Below are positions 30,820 to 42,336 of a stretch of DNA of 64,000 nucleotides, piece by piece. The stretch is from assembly GCA_964019335.1 (NCBI GenBank), contig OZ025732.1, forward strand, positions 359,604 through 423,603, in the 5' to 3' direction. The stretch's first letter is position 1. Every line of letters starts with the position of its first letter. The position numbers and the translations under genes are program-made. A model generated the notes under the pieces. It was not told the DNA's origin. It ran no database searches and saw nothing but the letters and a program-made list of their open reading frames with translations. The stretch comes from Diplonema japonicum (taxonomy: Eukaryota; Protista; Euglenozoa: Diplonemea).

Positions 30820-31136
30820 CAGGTGGTGGGGATAACATGGAAATATAAAGAAGTACATCAGATGTGTTGTTCGCTGTTGACCTCCTCGTCGGTCATCACC
30901 GGTAGCGCCCAAGTGGAAGAAGCAGATGCTCTGGGTGGCGAACAGGCAGCAAACTACACGGGCTCAGAATCTTGGTTACCCGGGGCGCCCCGGCTGGGGT
31001 TGAGCTGCACACCGCACGCATTAAGGACACGACGCGGAACGCAGAAGAAGCTACAGCTAGGCCGAGGTGCGCCCCCTGTAATCAAGTAAATGGTGCTTGT
31101 GCAGGGTGCCCCCACCGGCTTCCTTTAAATCATCGA
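30820..31136 (+). mobile_element. SINE-like non-autonomous retroposon, 7-bp TSD
   Basis: GTTTAGT at 30813-30819 and 31137-31143; empty site visible in the paralogous region near 3852. Confidence 0.85.
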
Positions 31137-31584
31137 GTTTAGTTTTGTTTTTGAAAGAGAAGAACAAGAGATAAACGTGGGCATCATTCATTCTATTATT
31201 CGTTGATCCTACTGTAGGTGGGGACGGCTTGCAATCCATTGAAAGAAGAAGAACGCTTACCAGCTTGCACAAGCAATCAGCTTTTGACTGTCTGATTCCA
31301 TTTTAGGCCAGCCCTGCCGGTTTCAATAAGACATAACTTTTAGAGGAAGACCACCTGATACGGGCCAGCACTTCTGCTTAATTCCTGGTACGTGGGAGGC
31401 TCGAGAGGCGTAGGAAGGACGGGGTGGGCCTTTACTTCAGGGGCAGTGTCTGGCAAGTAGCCTGTTCCCCGATAATGTGAAAAGAAAAGGATTTAAAAAA
31501 AGGGAACCCACAAACCCGCCCCCACAACCCGTCAGAGGAATCCCTTACCGCAAAAGGTTTGTTTCATATCGTCTATAGTATATT

Positions 31585-31610
31585 ATAGGCGCTCGTTGGT
31601 AGAAGGTTAA
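31585..31610. repeat. Solo piggyBac terminus
   Basis: CGCTCGTTGGTAGAAGG-TTAA matches 22088-22108; no partner TIR found. Confidence 0.7.
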
Positions 31611-31722
31611 AGAAGCATTAGGAATACCTTCTTTTATTCTCTGTCATCTCTTTTAATATCAGCATCCCCCCTTATTTTCAACAAACAACACAGGATATTG
31701 AAACAAGAAAAGAGACAAGACC

Positions 31723-32816
31723 ATGAAGGGAAGCGAGGGACCATCGACAGTGACGCTGCAGGCGAGGCTCCCCACCTCTGAGACCATCAGCATTGAGGCA
31801 GTGGCTTCGGAGGAGATGATGAAGGTGAAGGAGAGGATCGCATCGATGGGAGGGTTGGATGTGGACATCTTCACCCTCACCTTCGATGGGGTGGTGGTGG
31901 CGGCGGCTGCTGACGACGGCGGTGGACAGCTTGTCGGAGATCTTCCTTTTGAGGATGGAAGCATGCTTGAAGTGGTGGTGTGCAAGAGGCAGGCGGCTCT
32001 GTTGAAGCTTTCTGGGATGGGGATCAAGGTGAGAGGAAGGGATTTGTACGAGATGTTTGGAAGCTATTCAGGTTTGGACGAGAACAAGATGTGCGAGGTT
32101 ATGAACCTTCTCCTGGATGCTGGGTGAGTGGCAGGGAGGAGGAGGCCCTTCACAAAGCGGCCAAGCTCGATCTTCCTTCTTGTGTGGAGGTCCTCTTGAT
32201 TCGCACTTCTGTGGACGTGAATTCAGTAGTGTCTCTTCCTGGCGGTTGCAGGGAGGATTCGGACACAGCACTTCACCGGGCCACTTCGGAGGAGGTGGTG
32301 GCTCTTCTCTTGAGACACAATGCAGATGTGAATGCGAGGAACAGCGAAGGAAAGACGGCTCTTCATAGCTACCATGCTCACCCCTCTGTAGTACACCTTC
32401 TTCTTGAACACAAGGCAGACATCGAAGCGAAGGACAACGAGGGAAGAACACCCCTTTTCTTGGCTAGTTTATGGGTGGCTGGAGCGCTTCTTGAGCACAA
32501 TGCTGATGTGAGGGCAAGGGACAATAGAGAGAACACGTGTCTGCACCACGCCGTTAATAGTGGTAGTTTAGAAGAGGTACTTATTCTTCTGAGACACAAT
32601 GCAGATGTTACGGCGAGGAATGATGAAGGGAAGACGGCTCTCGATCTTGTCCCTTCTGATGATGATGATAGCGACCCGTGTCCGATGCGGTACCTGTTGC
32701 AGGACCCGAGTATCGCTCATGATCTGGAGCTGTTCGAAAGTGGGAGGGAGCTGAGCGACAGCAGCAGGCTTCCTGTTGTTCAACTGATTTCAAAGAGTAT
32801 TCGGGGTGAAGATTAG
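31723..32816 (+). pseudogene. Ubl-ankyrin copy 7 with a single -1 frameshift near 32123 (pseudogene or sequencing error)
   Basis: GATGCTGGGTGAGT here versus GATGCTGGGGTGAGT in paralogues; ORFs 31723..32127 and 31980..32816 join into a full protein. Confidence 0.85.
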
Positions 32817-33191
32817 TGTTGTTGATCTGATTTCTTACTTTTCTTACTTTTTGCTTCTCCTTTCTACCTTCTTTCCCTTTCAAACAGCATTTCTGAGACC
32901 ATGATGAGGTTTCAGATGGCATAGCGCAGGTTTTCAGAATTTTATCATTCCATTTTATGTGATATGCCTACTTTTTTTGCTTCTACGGAAGCAGTTGGTT
33001 GTAATTTGGGTTTCTTCACCCTCCTTCTGCCGCCTCCCCTTTTCCGCGCACAGGTTCTTCTTTGGTGTGGTGGGCTGGGAGGTCCTTCGAGTGTGCCAGA
33101 TTTCCTCAGTGTTTTGTTATTTTACTTATGTACTTTTTGCTTTCTTCTTCCATAGCTAACTTTGCACAAATAAGAAGGATACCACATAACC

Positions 33192-34568
33192 ATGAGCGGG
33201 AACGAAGGACCATCGGCAGTGACGCTGCAGGCGAGGCTCCCCACCTCTGAGACCATCAGCATTGAGGCAGTGGCTTCGGAGGAGATGAAGAAGGTGAAGG
33301 AGAGGATCGCATCGATGGGGGGGTTGGATGTGGACAGCTTCACCCTCACCTTCGATGGGGAGGTGGTGGCGGCGGCTGCTGACGACGGCTGTGGACAGCT
33401 CGTCGGAGATCTTCCTTTTGAGGATGGAAGCATGCTTGAAGTGGTGGTGTGCAAGAGGCAGGCGGCTCTGTTGAAGCTTTCTGGGATGGGGATCGAAGTG
33501 AAAGGAAAGGACTTGTTCGAGGAGATTGATGAAGGGCAAGGTTGGTACAACGGAGAGGGGCAGGTCTGCGAGGTTTTGAACCTTCTCCTGGATGCTGGAG
33601 TGAGTGGTGGGGAGGAGGAGGCCCTTCACATGGCGGCCCAGTGCGATCTTCCTTCTTGTGTGGAGGTCCTCTTGGCTCGCACTTCTGTGGACGTGAATTC
33701 AGATGTGTGTCTTCCTGACGATTGGATCGATAGGTTCAATTCAGCACTTCAACGGGCCCATTCGGAGGAGGTGGTGGCTGTTCTCTTGAGGCACAATGCA
33801 GATGTCAACGCAAGAGACTGTGATGGTGTTCCTATCATTCACCATGCAGTACGCTGGGGGCATACTGGAAGGCTTTCTGTACTTCTGGAGCACAATGCAG
33901 ATGTGAATGCGAGAGACGAGAAAGGAAAGACGGCTCTTCATGGCCATCGTGTTCACCCCTCTGCTGTACACCTTCTTCTTGAACACAAGGCAGACATCGA
34001 GGCAAAGGACAACGAGGGAAGGACACCCCTTTTCTTCGCTGATTTGGAGCTGGCGGAAGCACTTGTTGAGCACAATGCTGATGTCAACGCAAGAGACCGT
34101 GATGGTGTTCCTGTCATTCACTATGCAGAGGGGAGCGTGCTTTCTCTACTTCTGAAGCACAACGCTGATGTAAATGCGAGAGGCAGCCGAGGGGAGACGG
34201 CTCTTCATGGCCTTCATGCTCACCCCTCTGTACAACTGCTTCTTGAGCACAAGGCAGACATCGAGGCAAAAGACAACGAGGGAAGAACACCCCTTTCCTT
34301 GGCTAATAATTTAGGGGTGGTTGAAGCACTTCTTGAGCACAATGCTGATGTGAAGGCAAGGGATAATAGAGGGAACACGTGTCTGCACCATGCTGTTGAA
34401 AGACGTTTCTTCCATGTGTTACCTATTCTGCTGAGACACAATGCAGATGTGATGGCAACGAACGATGAAGGGAAGACGGCTCTCGATCTTGTTCCCTCTG
34501 ATGATGATGATGGTGAAGTCGACTCGTGTGCGATGCGATACCTGTTGCAGGACCCGAGTCGCTCATGA
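33192..34568 (+). CDS. Ubl-ankyrin repeat protein, copy 8 (extra ankyrin repeats, frameshifted tail)
   Basis: The VIH/TALH/TPL three-repeat block occurs twice; 2-bp deletion near 34560. Confidence 0.87.
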   Translation: MSGNEGPSAVTLQARLPTSETISIEAVASEEMKKVKERIASMGGLDVDSFTLTFDGEVVAAAADDGCGQLVGDLPFEDGSMLEVVVCKRQAALLKLSGMGIEVKGKDLFEEIDEGQGWYNGEGQVCEVLNLLLDAGVSGGEEEALHMAAQCDLPSCVEVLLARTSVDVNSDVCLPDDWIDRFNSALQRAHSEEVVAVLLRHNADVNARDCDGVPIIHHAVRWGHTGRLSVLLEHNADVNARDEKGKTALHGHRVHPSAVHLLLEHKADIEAKDNEGRTPLFFADLELAEALVEHNADVNARDRDGVPVIHYAEGSVLSLLLKHNADVNARGSRGETALHGLHAHPSVQLLLEHKADIEAKDNEGRTPLSLANNLGVVEALLEHNADVKARDNRGNTCLHHAVERRFFHVLPILLRHNADVMATNDEGKTALDLVPSDDDDGEVDSCAMRYLLQDPSRS

Positions 34569-34645
34569 TCTGGAGCTGTTCGGAAGTGGGAGGGAGCTGA
34601 GCGACGTCAGGCTTCCTGTTGTTCAACTAATTTCAGAGTTTTATC

Positions 34646-37478
34646 GTGACGGGTCCACATCCCCCCTCGTGGGAACGGCAAGTTGAATCGGGAGTGGGGT
34701 TTAGAAAAGGAGAGAGAAGGGACGAGGTCTGGACGAGTACCAGTGACGTGTCTTCATTCTGTGCCTATAGCACCGCCGTGTCGCCCCAGTTGTTGTCGAC
34801 GGCTTGTTGCAGTACTGGTGAAGACCTAGAGGAGCGTCTACATTTAAAGGAGGATGCTGGAGCTACGCAAACTACCAGAGTCGGTGTTGGACGCCTGGGC
34901 TCAGCTCTTCCAAGCGATCGAAGCAACCGGGAGATGGCCAGAGGCCGTGAAGACGGCGCTGGTCACACTCGTACCAAAATGCGACGACGCGGGACCGCTG
35001 GAGCACAGACCCATCACGGTGACATCAGCGGTGTACAGACTTTGGGCATGCACGCGACTGGCAGACATCCTTCTCTGGCAGGAGAAGTGGGTACACGACA
35101 AGCAGTACGGATTCCGCACAGGCTTCGGGACAGAGGACGCGCTAATGGACCTCGCCCTGGACATCGAGGAATCTCTACTCGAAGGGAAACCGCTGGTCGG
35201 GGTGGCACTTGACTTTGCGAAGTGTTTCGACAGCGTACCGCAGCAACTAGTGATGGAGCTGGTGGAGGACATGGGCATGGAGACGGGCATTCTAAGGGCG
35301 CTGAAGGGGATGTACGCGGGCATGCGGAGACGTTTCAGGTACGCCACGGGCGTTGGAGAGGAGTTCCACACGACAAATGGAATCCTACAAGGGTGCCCCA
35401 TATCTGTGGTACTCATCAACGCGTTACTGGCAGTGCTGATGAAACAGGTGGAGGACGGCACGGGGGTCCGCTCGCTGTCAAACGCTGACGACGCGTACCT
35501 TCTGTCACAACTCGCGGCAGCACTGCAGAAGGGGGTGGAGGCGGTGGAGGACTTCTGCAAAATGGTTGGCATGAAGCTAAACGTAAAGAAAACCAAAACC
35601 TTTACGACAGGCGCCAAGGCACCGGAAGTGAAGGTGGACGGTGAAGTGCTGCAGGCAGTGCGGACAGTGGAGGTGCTGGGAGCCAAGCTGCGGACGGACG
35701 GCCAGCAGCAATACAACAACGACAGGGCCAAGGAAGCGATGAAGACGTTGAGCGGGCTGGGGGCGACCCCGCTGTCCTTCCAGCAGAAGGCGCGGATCAT
35801 CAGCTCCACACTGCTGCCAAGCTGCCTGTACGACGCCCCCTTCTCACCGCCAAGGACGGGGATGATGGAACTCCTGGTGATGGAGACGACATACACGCTG
35901 TGGGGCCAGAGGTATCGCACGCGGAGCCCCGGCGCAGTACTCTCCGTGACACTACCAGGGCACACACACCACCCGAAGATGACAGCAGCCTACAAAGCAC
36001 TGATGCTCATGTACAGGGCATGCAGGAAGGACGACCAACTGTGGGCACGCTGCAACGACATCGCAAAGCTGTACCGGGAAGGGAAGAAGGCGCTGGGCCT
36101 GGTGGGAAACCTGAAGCAGAGGTGGCTACCCATGGTGCAAGCAACCTGGGACCAGCTGAAGGACACCATGGCCATGGAGAAGGAGCGGTTCCGACACTAC
36201 ATCAGAGACAAGCTCAGGCGTGGTGAAGCGGAGGCCATCATGGGAAAACGGAGCTCCATGAAAGGAATGGCGACGGCAGCCGCTGTCGAGACAAACGAGC
36301 TATGGGGGAAGCTGGCGTCGTCGGACCCCATCGCAGCAAGGAACCTACGCAGGGTGATCACAGGCGCGGTTTTCTACATCCACCCACGGGGATGGCGGAC
36401 GGACGCAGTGGCACACATCCCACCGACGGAGGATGAGGTGGACGAAGAAGATTCCCGAGACGACTCAGAAGACGAAGAAGAAAGAGAGGCGGGAGGAGAA
36501 GGGGAAGTCGCGGAGCTGGAGCGCATGCTGCTGGCGGAGCAGAGGCAGCAGGACGAACCCGCAACGGCACGCTGCGACGTATGCGGTCAGATGCAACAGG
36601 TATCCAACATCCTGGAGCATGCACTGTGGGAGTGCGAACTGGCTGTCGAAGTAGGGCAACGGGAGGCACATGCAGGCACGACACGAACAGGCCTAGAACC
36701 GTGCATGAGGCTCCATGGCATCCTCCCGAGGGAAGCGGCCAAGGAGGACAAGGACAGGCTCGAGAAGACCCAGCGTTACCTGCTGGCTGTGGTGGGGGAA
36801 CGCGACGCAGCCTTGCAGGCAAAGAGGCAGCAGATCTACCGGACACACCAATGGCTGGAGATCACGGAGGGGGAGGCACACCCAGCACCAACAGAGGAGG
36901 AGTTCGCGAGGCTGCAGACCGGCAACACCCTGAAGGAGTACACGAAACCGGTGCTGAAATGGCTCAAGCAGCTGCGCTGGTATGGAGGGAACAGAAGCAC
37001 GGCAGTGTCGACGGTGGAGCTGGCGCTGGATTTCGAAAACGTGACCCAGAAATCCCTTGGAGGGAAGCTAGGGGAGTTGGCAGAGGTGCGACAGAAGGCC
37101 AGGAGACTGCACACGGTGATGAAGAAGGTGTGGAACACATGGGAACTAGGGAGACTGCAGAAGAAGGTGAAAGGAAGGAGGGCCTTCCCTGCTGAACCAT
37201 GCAAGAGAGTACATACGCTGCGATCAATCGGAGGGACGAAGGCGGTGATCGGGTGGAGTAGAAGAGCAATCTTTGCATCAACGAAGACCAAGTACGACCT
37301 GGAGGAGCTGGGGAAGCAATGGGCAAAGGAAAGAAGGGAAAAAGTAGCCAAGCTGGGGAGGAGGCCGGCACGACCACCGAAGAAGGAGAAACCGCTGCTG
37401 AAGGGGGATAGGTGCAGGTAGAGCATGAGAACAAGGGGGCGTCTCACAAAGACTTCCTTTAACTCATATATATATTTA
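34646..37478 (+). mobile_element. 5'-truncated LINE (group D, clade not assigned) with an inverted 5' segment and TA-rich tail
   Basis: ORF 34854..37421; tail CTTCCTTTAACTCATATATATA; 34740-34850 read on the minus strand matches the endonuclease-like fragment at 60078-60160. Confidence 0.85.
34854..37421 (+). CDS. LINE reverse transcriptase + C-terminal CCHC region; catalytic motif reads NADD
   Basis: RPITVTS, QYGFR, LDFAKCFD, GILQGCPIS, NADD, CDVC...EHALWEC. Confidence 0.88.
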   Translation: MLELRKLPESVLDAWAQLFQAIEATGRWPEAVKTALVTLVPKCDDAGPLEHRPITVTSAVYRLWACTRLADILLWQEKWVHDKQYGFRTGFGTEDALMDLALDIEESLLEGKPLVGVALDFAKCFDSVPQQLVMELVEDMGMETGILRALKGMYAGMRRRFRYATGVGEEFHTTNGILQGCPISVVLINALLAVLMKQVEDGTGVRSLSNADDAYLLSQLAAALQKGVEAVEDFCKMVGMKLNVKKTKTFTTGAKAPEVKVDGEVLQAVRTVEVLGAKLRTDGQQQYNNDRAKEAMKTLSGLGATPLSFQQKARIISSTLLPSCLYDAPFSPPRTGMMELLVMETTYTLWGQRYRTRSPGAVLSVTLPGHTHHPKMTAAYKALMLMYRACRKDDQLWARCNDIAKLYREGKKALGLVGNLKQRWLPMVQATWDQLKDTMAMEKERFRHYIRDKLRRGEAEAIMGKRSSMKGMATAAAVETNELWGKLASSDPIAARNLRRVITGAVFYIHPRGWRTDAVAHIPPTEDEVDEEDSRDDSEDEEEREAGGEGEVAELERMLLAEQRQQDEPATARCDVCGQMQQVSNILEHALWECELAVEVGQREAHAGTTRTGLEPCMRLHGILPREAAKEDKDRLEKTQRYLLAVVGERDAALQAKRQQIYRTHQWLEITEGEAHPAPTEEEFARLQTGNTLKEYTKPVLKWLKQLRWYGGNRSTAVSTVELALDFENVTQKSLGGKLGELAEVRQKARRLHTVMKKVWNTWELGRLQKKVKGRRAFPAEPCKRVHTLRSIGGTKAVIGWSRRAIFASTKTKYDLEELGKQWAKERREKVAKLGRRPARPPKKEKPLLKGDRCR

Positions 37479-38309
37479 AATTATCTATTGTGTCCTCGCA
37501 TTTTATCATCTTCTTAGTTTGAGGCCAGTTCTTCAGTTCCTCCCTCCCCAGCACAATTGCTTTTTTTTTGTAGGTTTTCTTTCCACTTCTTTCGACGCAT
37601 GTTTCCCCAGTGTTTTGTTATTTTCATTTACTTTTTGCCTCTTCTTCCTCCCTTGACTAACTTGCAAGCCATCGGCAATGACGCTGCAGGCGAGGCTCCC
37701 CACCTCTGAGACCATCAGCATTGAGGCAGTGGCTTCGGAGGAGATGATGATGTAGTACATTGGGCCGGATGTTGGGATGATGACCATGTGTGCTAACATT
37801 GCCGCTTCGCAGATAACGCCTTTCGAGGCCATGTCTGGGTGATTTCAATGTGTTACCTTTTTATCTATTCCTTCGCTTCTCTATTCTAACTTAAAATCAT
37901 TTCAGTTACCTTTAACACCTTGAGCCTTCAAACGAGGAAAGTCGAAATAGTGGTTGATCCCACAAGATGCCATCCCAAAGTCCCACAGACCGTTCGATAA
38001 GACGACGAAGGAAGCCTTCCTAAGGGACGGAAGGTAGCTCTACTTAAGCATAGGTCTGGCCGCGGAGATGGGCTCCATACAAGCTTTCGAACTGTATTTG
38101 AATACTTTGTTTCCAGTAAGGGAACTTCCTCTTAGCCCGGATGAACTCGATAGACATCAACTTGTGGAGCGCCTCTGCCAGGGAGTCAGATGCTGTGGCC
38201 TGCAGGTCTCAGGCACCCACTCCTTCTTTACAAGCTTTCCTGGGTACACGTGCCATCTCCCGGCATATTGGTAGATCCTTCCTATCCAGGTCGCGACCTT
38301 TTGACCCTT

Positions 38310-38700
38310 TGTTCTGCTGGGACACAATGCAGGTGACGGCAGTGAACGATGAAGGGATCTCGATCTTGTTCCCTCTGATGACAGGGACTTGAGTGCGACA
38401 TGATCAGACTGGAACGGCCGCCCCTGGGCATCCTGCTCAACCTGGCAGACGTGGGAGGCCCTTCTTCGGAAGGTGCCAGTCGCTTGATCAGTGTCGTCGA
38501 ATGCGCGCTAAATTTCATAAATACGCATATAACAGCCGATTGGAAAGGGAAAGAACGAATACCAATTGAGTGCGATGCGATACCTGTTGCGGGACCCGAG
38601 TCTCGCTCATGATCTGGAGCTGTTCGAAAGTGGGAGGGAGCTGAGCGACGTCAGCAGGCTTCCTGTTGTTCAGCTGAGGGAGTATTTCCCCGTCGGGGTG
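38310..38700 (+). pseudogene. 3' remnant of a Ubl-ANK gene (a 5' remnant lies at 37668-37751)
   Basis: DLVPSDDRDLSAMRYLLRDPSLAHDLELFESGRELSDVSRLPVVQL after removing the insert. Confidence 0.8.
38399..38565 (+). mobile_element. Short 3'-end insertion of PLE family 1, 10-bp TSD
   Basis: TTGAGTGCGA at 38389-38398 and 38566-38575; matches 17364-17536. Confidence 0.85.
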
Positions 38701-39445
38701 AAGATTAGTGTTGTTGGTTTGATATCAGAAGTAAGAATAAGTGTCAGGATTTATGCAAGGCTTGTGGACCAGAAGGTCACGAGTTGCCAGGGCGCCATGG
38801 TAAAGCGTCTCAAGGCAGCTCCATAACAACCCCGCTACAAGCACCTAACCTGCCGAAGTAGCATGCTGATCAGAAGGAGATGCTGAGGCCCACATGATTT
38901 TATCAGAATCCCCATGGCACCATCCTGATCCCCGGAAGTAAGACAGTGTTTAAACGAGAAAAGGAACAAGGTAGAATAGAAGTGACGCTTTCTTTTATTG
39001 GGTGGGTAAGTAGGGACAAGGGGGACGTTCCAAAACAGGCGTGCAACCATAGGAGGATGACATATATGGTGTACCTGTTGCCGCTCTTTCAATTGCGATG
39101 CTTGTTTTTGCCATGGGAGTGGCAGGGTTTGCAGCCGACTGCCCCCGGGGGCCATTCTAAAGACATGTTTTTGCACGCGCATTTTAAGAATAGGACAAAC
39201 GGCGAGCATTTTGACCTCTATGGTGATCAGGCTTAGGCCGCATTCTGCACACAAAGTGGTGTCGGACTGCTTTTCTACTTTTGCGGGGGTTTTTTGCTAT
39301 CTAGTAGGTTCATTTATTGACATTTTTTTCATGACGAGCTCATATAATTTTTTCGCCCACTCTCTGTTTTTCGCCCACTTTTTTATTCGACTCTCTGTTT
39401 TCGTATGCAGTATTTATTCTTTTTCACCCCTTTTTATTTTATGTA

Positions 39446-40672
39446 GTGCGAGAAAAGCTAAGGTCGGGACGTGCGGAACACATACAGGACAGAAGACGCT
39501 CGATGGAGGGGTTAGACCGGGGCGCAGACCCACGCACGAACGACCTGTGGCGAGAGCTGATGAGACTCGGACCACAAGGAGCAATGGCAGCGAGAGACCT
39601 CCGGAGGATCGTGGCGGGAGGGGTTTTCTACACCCACCCAAAGGCGTGGTACCAGGACAAAATCACCAGACGGGTACCACCCCCAGAGGGCGAGCAGAGC
39701 GAAAGCGAGGACAGCTCGGAAGAGGAAGGGGACGAGACACACGAGCGTGTGAACAAGAGACCAACAACAGACGAAGTCACATGCGACGCGTGCGGTGCGG
39801 AGGAGGACGAGAGCAACATGCTGCGACACGCATTATGGGAATGCAGTGTGGCGAAGGAGGTGCAACAGAAGGAAGTACATGCAGAAGTAGTGGCCAACAA
39901 GACGGAAATGCCAATCTGCATGCAGCTACATGGAACGCTCCCGCGTGGTCACCGAACACACCAACACCGGCTGAGGAAGACGCAATACTACCTGCTGGAA
40001 GTGGTGGCAAAACGGGACCAGCTTCTCCAGGACAAGAGAAAGCTAGAAACGTACACGACGCACCCCTGGGAACAGATAACGGAAGGAAACGCTCATGCGC
40101 CACCTGAATGGAAGGAGCTGAGGAAGCATGTGAGCGGGAGCCTGATGATGAAGCACGGTGAAGACATCGTCAAGTGGCTCAAAAAGCTGAAGTGGTACGA
40201 TGGACCGAGGAAGACGACAGTCACCACAATGGAACTCGTACTAGACTTCGAGAACACGCTGGGCGTCGAGCCGATCACGGGGAAGAAGGGTGATCTAGAC
40301 ATGATACAGAAGAAAGCGCGGAGTTTCCACGGCCTCCTGGAAAGAATCCAAGAAGGGTGGGACACAGCACGCATACAGAAGAAGGTCAGAGGCAAACGGA
40401 TCTTCCCAGCGGAGAGCAAGAAGAACCACGCGCTTAGAACCATAGGTGCGAAGAAGAGTCTGGGATGGAACAGAAGGCCAGTTTTTGCATCAGAGAAAAC
40501 CAAGAAGGGCCTTAAGAAACTGGGCAGAAAGTGGCAAGAAGAAAGGGAGGATACTTTGAGGAAGGCAACACAGCCAAAAAAGAAAGAAAGGCCGAGGCCC
40601 CAGAAGGGAGAAAGGGGTAGATAAGTAGAGACAAGGGGGACGTTCCAAAACAGGAACCTCCTTTATCTCATC
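39446..40672 (+). mobile_element. 3' part of a second group-D LINE subfamily
   Basis: ORF 39446..40624 aligns with the C-terminal ~390 aa of 34854..37421 (CDAC...RHALWEC, ELVLDFEN, FPAE); similar tail ACAAGGGGG...CTCCTTTATCTCAT. Confidence 0.85.
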
Positions 40673-40881
40673 TCTTATTTTACTTTTTCGCTTCTTTATT
40701 ATAACTTACAATCATTTCAGCCACCCCATGCACTCGAGCTTATCGAGTTCTTTCCCCCCCTTCTCCTCTAAATAAAGTAGTTTTCTCTTTTAGGGCCGCT
40801 GTTTTAAGTCCACAGGTAGAAGAAGAAGGGGAGACACAAACAATACAGGATATTGGAAAGGAGAGCTGAGAGGCAAAGGCC

Positions 40882-42108
40882 ATGAAGGGAAGCAAAGGAC
40901 CATCGGCAGTGACGCTGCAGGCGAGGCTCCCCACCTCTGAGACCATCGTCATTGAGGCAGTGGCTTCGGAGGAGATGAAAAAGGTGAAGGCGAGGATCGC
41001 ATCGATGGGAGGGTTGGATGTGGACATCTTCACCCTCACCTTCGATGGGGAGGTGGTTGCGGCGGCTGCTGACGGCGGCGGTGGACAGCTCGTCGGAGAT
41101 CTTCCTTTTGAGGATGGAAGCATGCTTGAGGTGGTGGTGTGCAAGAGGCAGGCGGCTCTGTTGAATCTCTCTGAGATGGGAGTCAATGTGAAAGGAAGGG
41201 ACCTGTTCGGAGTCTTATGTGAACTTTCAGAAATTGACGAGGTGGGCATCATAGAAGACGAGGTTGAAGCTTGTACTGTAGGCCTTCTCCTGGATGCTGG
41301 GGTGAGTGGCAGGGAGGAGGAGGCCCTTCACAAGGCGGCCAGGCACAATCTTCCTTCTTGTGTGGAGGTCCTCTTGACTCGCACTTCTGTGGACGTGAAT
41401 TTACAACTACGTTATCCTACCGATTGGGAGGATTCGTGCACAGCACTTCATCGGGCCACTTCGGAGGAGGTGGCGGCTATTCTCTTGAGACACAATGCAG
41501 ATGTTAACGCGAGAGACAGTGGCGATGTTCCTGTCATTCACTATGCAGCACGTAAAGAACATCCTGCGGGTTTGCTTTCTGTACTTCTGAGACACAATGC
41601 TGATGTGAATGCGAGGGACAGGGAAGGGAAGACGGCTCTTCATGATGCTGAACCATCAGCGGTACACCTTCTTCTTGAGCACAAGGCAGACATCGAGGCA
41701 AAGGACAACGAGGGAAGAACACCCCTTTTCTTGTCTAGTTATGGGGCGGCACTTACTCGTTTAAGGGTAGCAAAGGTACTTCTTGAGAACAATGCTGATG
41801 TGGATGCGAGGGATATTAGAGGGAACACGTGTCTGCACCACGCTGTTAGTAGAGATTGGTTCGAAGTGTTACCTATTCTGCTGAGACACAATGCAGATGT
41901 GACAACTACGAACGATGACGGGAAGACGGCTCTCGATCTTGTCCCTTCTGATGATGATAGCGACTCGTGTCCAAGGCGATACCTGTTGGAGGACCCGAGT
42001 CTCGCTCGTGATCTGGAGCTGTTCGGAAGTGGGAGGGAGCTGAGCGACGTCAGCAGGCTTCCTGTTGTTCAACGGATTTCAGATTTTATTCGTTGGAATC
42101 TTTTATGA
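40882..42108 (+). CDS. Ubl-ankyrin repeat protein, copy 9
   Basis: Family motifs, intact ORF. Confidence 0.9.
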   Translation: MKGSKGPSAVTLQARLPTSETIVIEAVASEEMKKVKARIASMGGLDVDIFTLTFDGEVVAAAADGGGGQLVGDLPFEDGSMLEVVVCKRQAALLNLSEMGVNVKGRDLFGVLCELSEIDEVGIIEDEVEACTVGLLLDAGVSGREEEALHKAARHNLPSCVEVLLTRTSVDVNLQLRYPTDWEDSCTALHRATSEEVAAILLRHNADVNARDSGDVPVIHYAARKEHPAGLLSVLLRHNADVNARDREGKTALHDAEPSAVHLLLEHKADIEAKDNEGRTPLFLSSYGAALTRLRVAKVLLENNADVDARDIRGNTCLHHAVSRDWFEVLPILLRHNADVTTTNDDGKTALDLVPSDDDSDSCPRRYLLEDPSLARDLELFGSGRELSDVSRLPVVQRISDFIRWNLL

Positions 42109-42336
42109 TGATCACTCCACATGCCCCCTGAGCCTTGTAAGTTCGAAGGGTTTTTTGTTTTGGTTATTTGGGCAAGGACAACGGGCAGATTTCCAGGGAG
42201 ACAACAGGAGGAAGGTACCCACGCGGCCCAGCAGGTGTTAGCAACACATCCCAACGCCACCCCAACGAGCTGGGGGGCGACAGATAGATGCCCCCTCCCC
42301 GGTCGTCCGATGGGTGCGGCACGCCATGTCTGAAAT

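Noticed and set aside
30820-30900. tRNA-derived head of the SINE-like element, or tRNA, rRNA or SL RNA genes anywhere in the window
   Set aside because: No cloverleaf or convincing A/B boxes, and no rRNA or spliced-leader sequence recognised.
34901-35965. Long minus-strand ORFs (also 957..1676, 14294..15163, 14874..15635, 59353..60285)
   Set aside because: Antisense shadows of GC-rich or repetitive + strand coding regions with no recognisable motifs.
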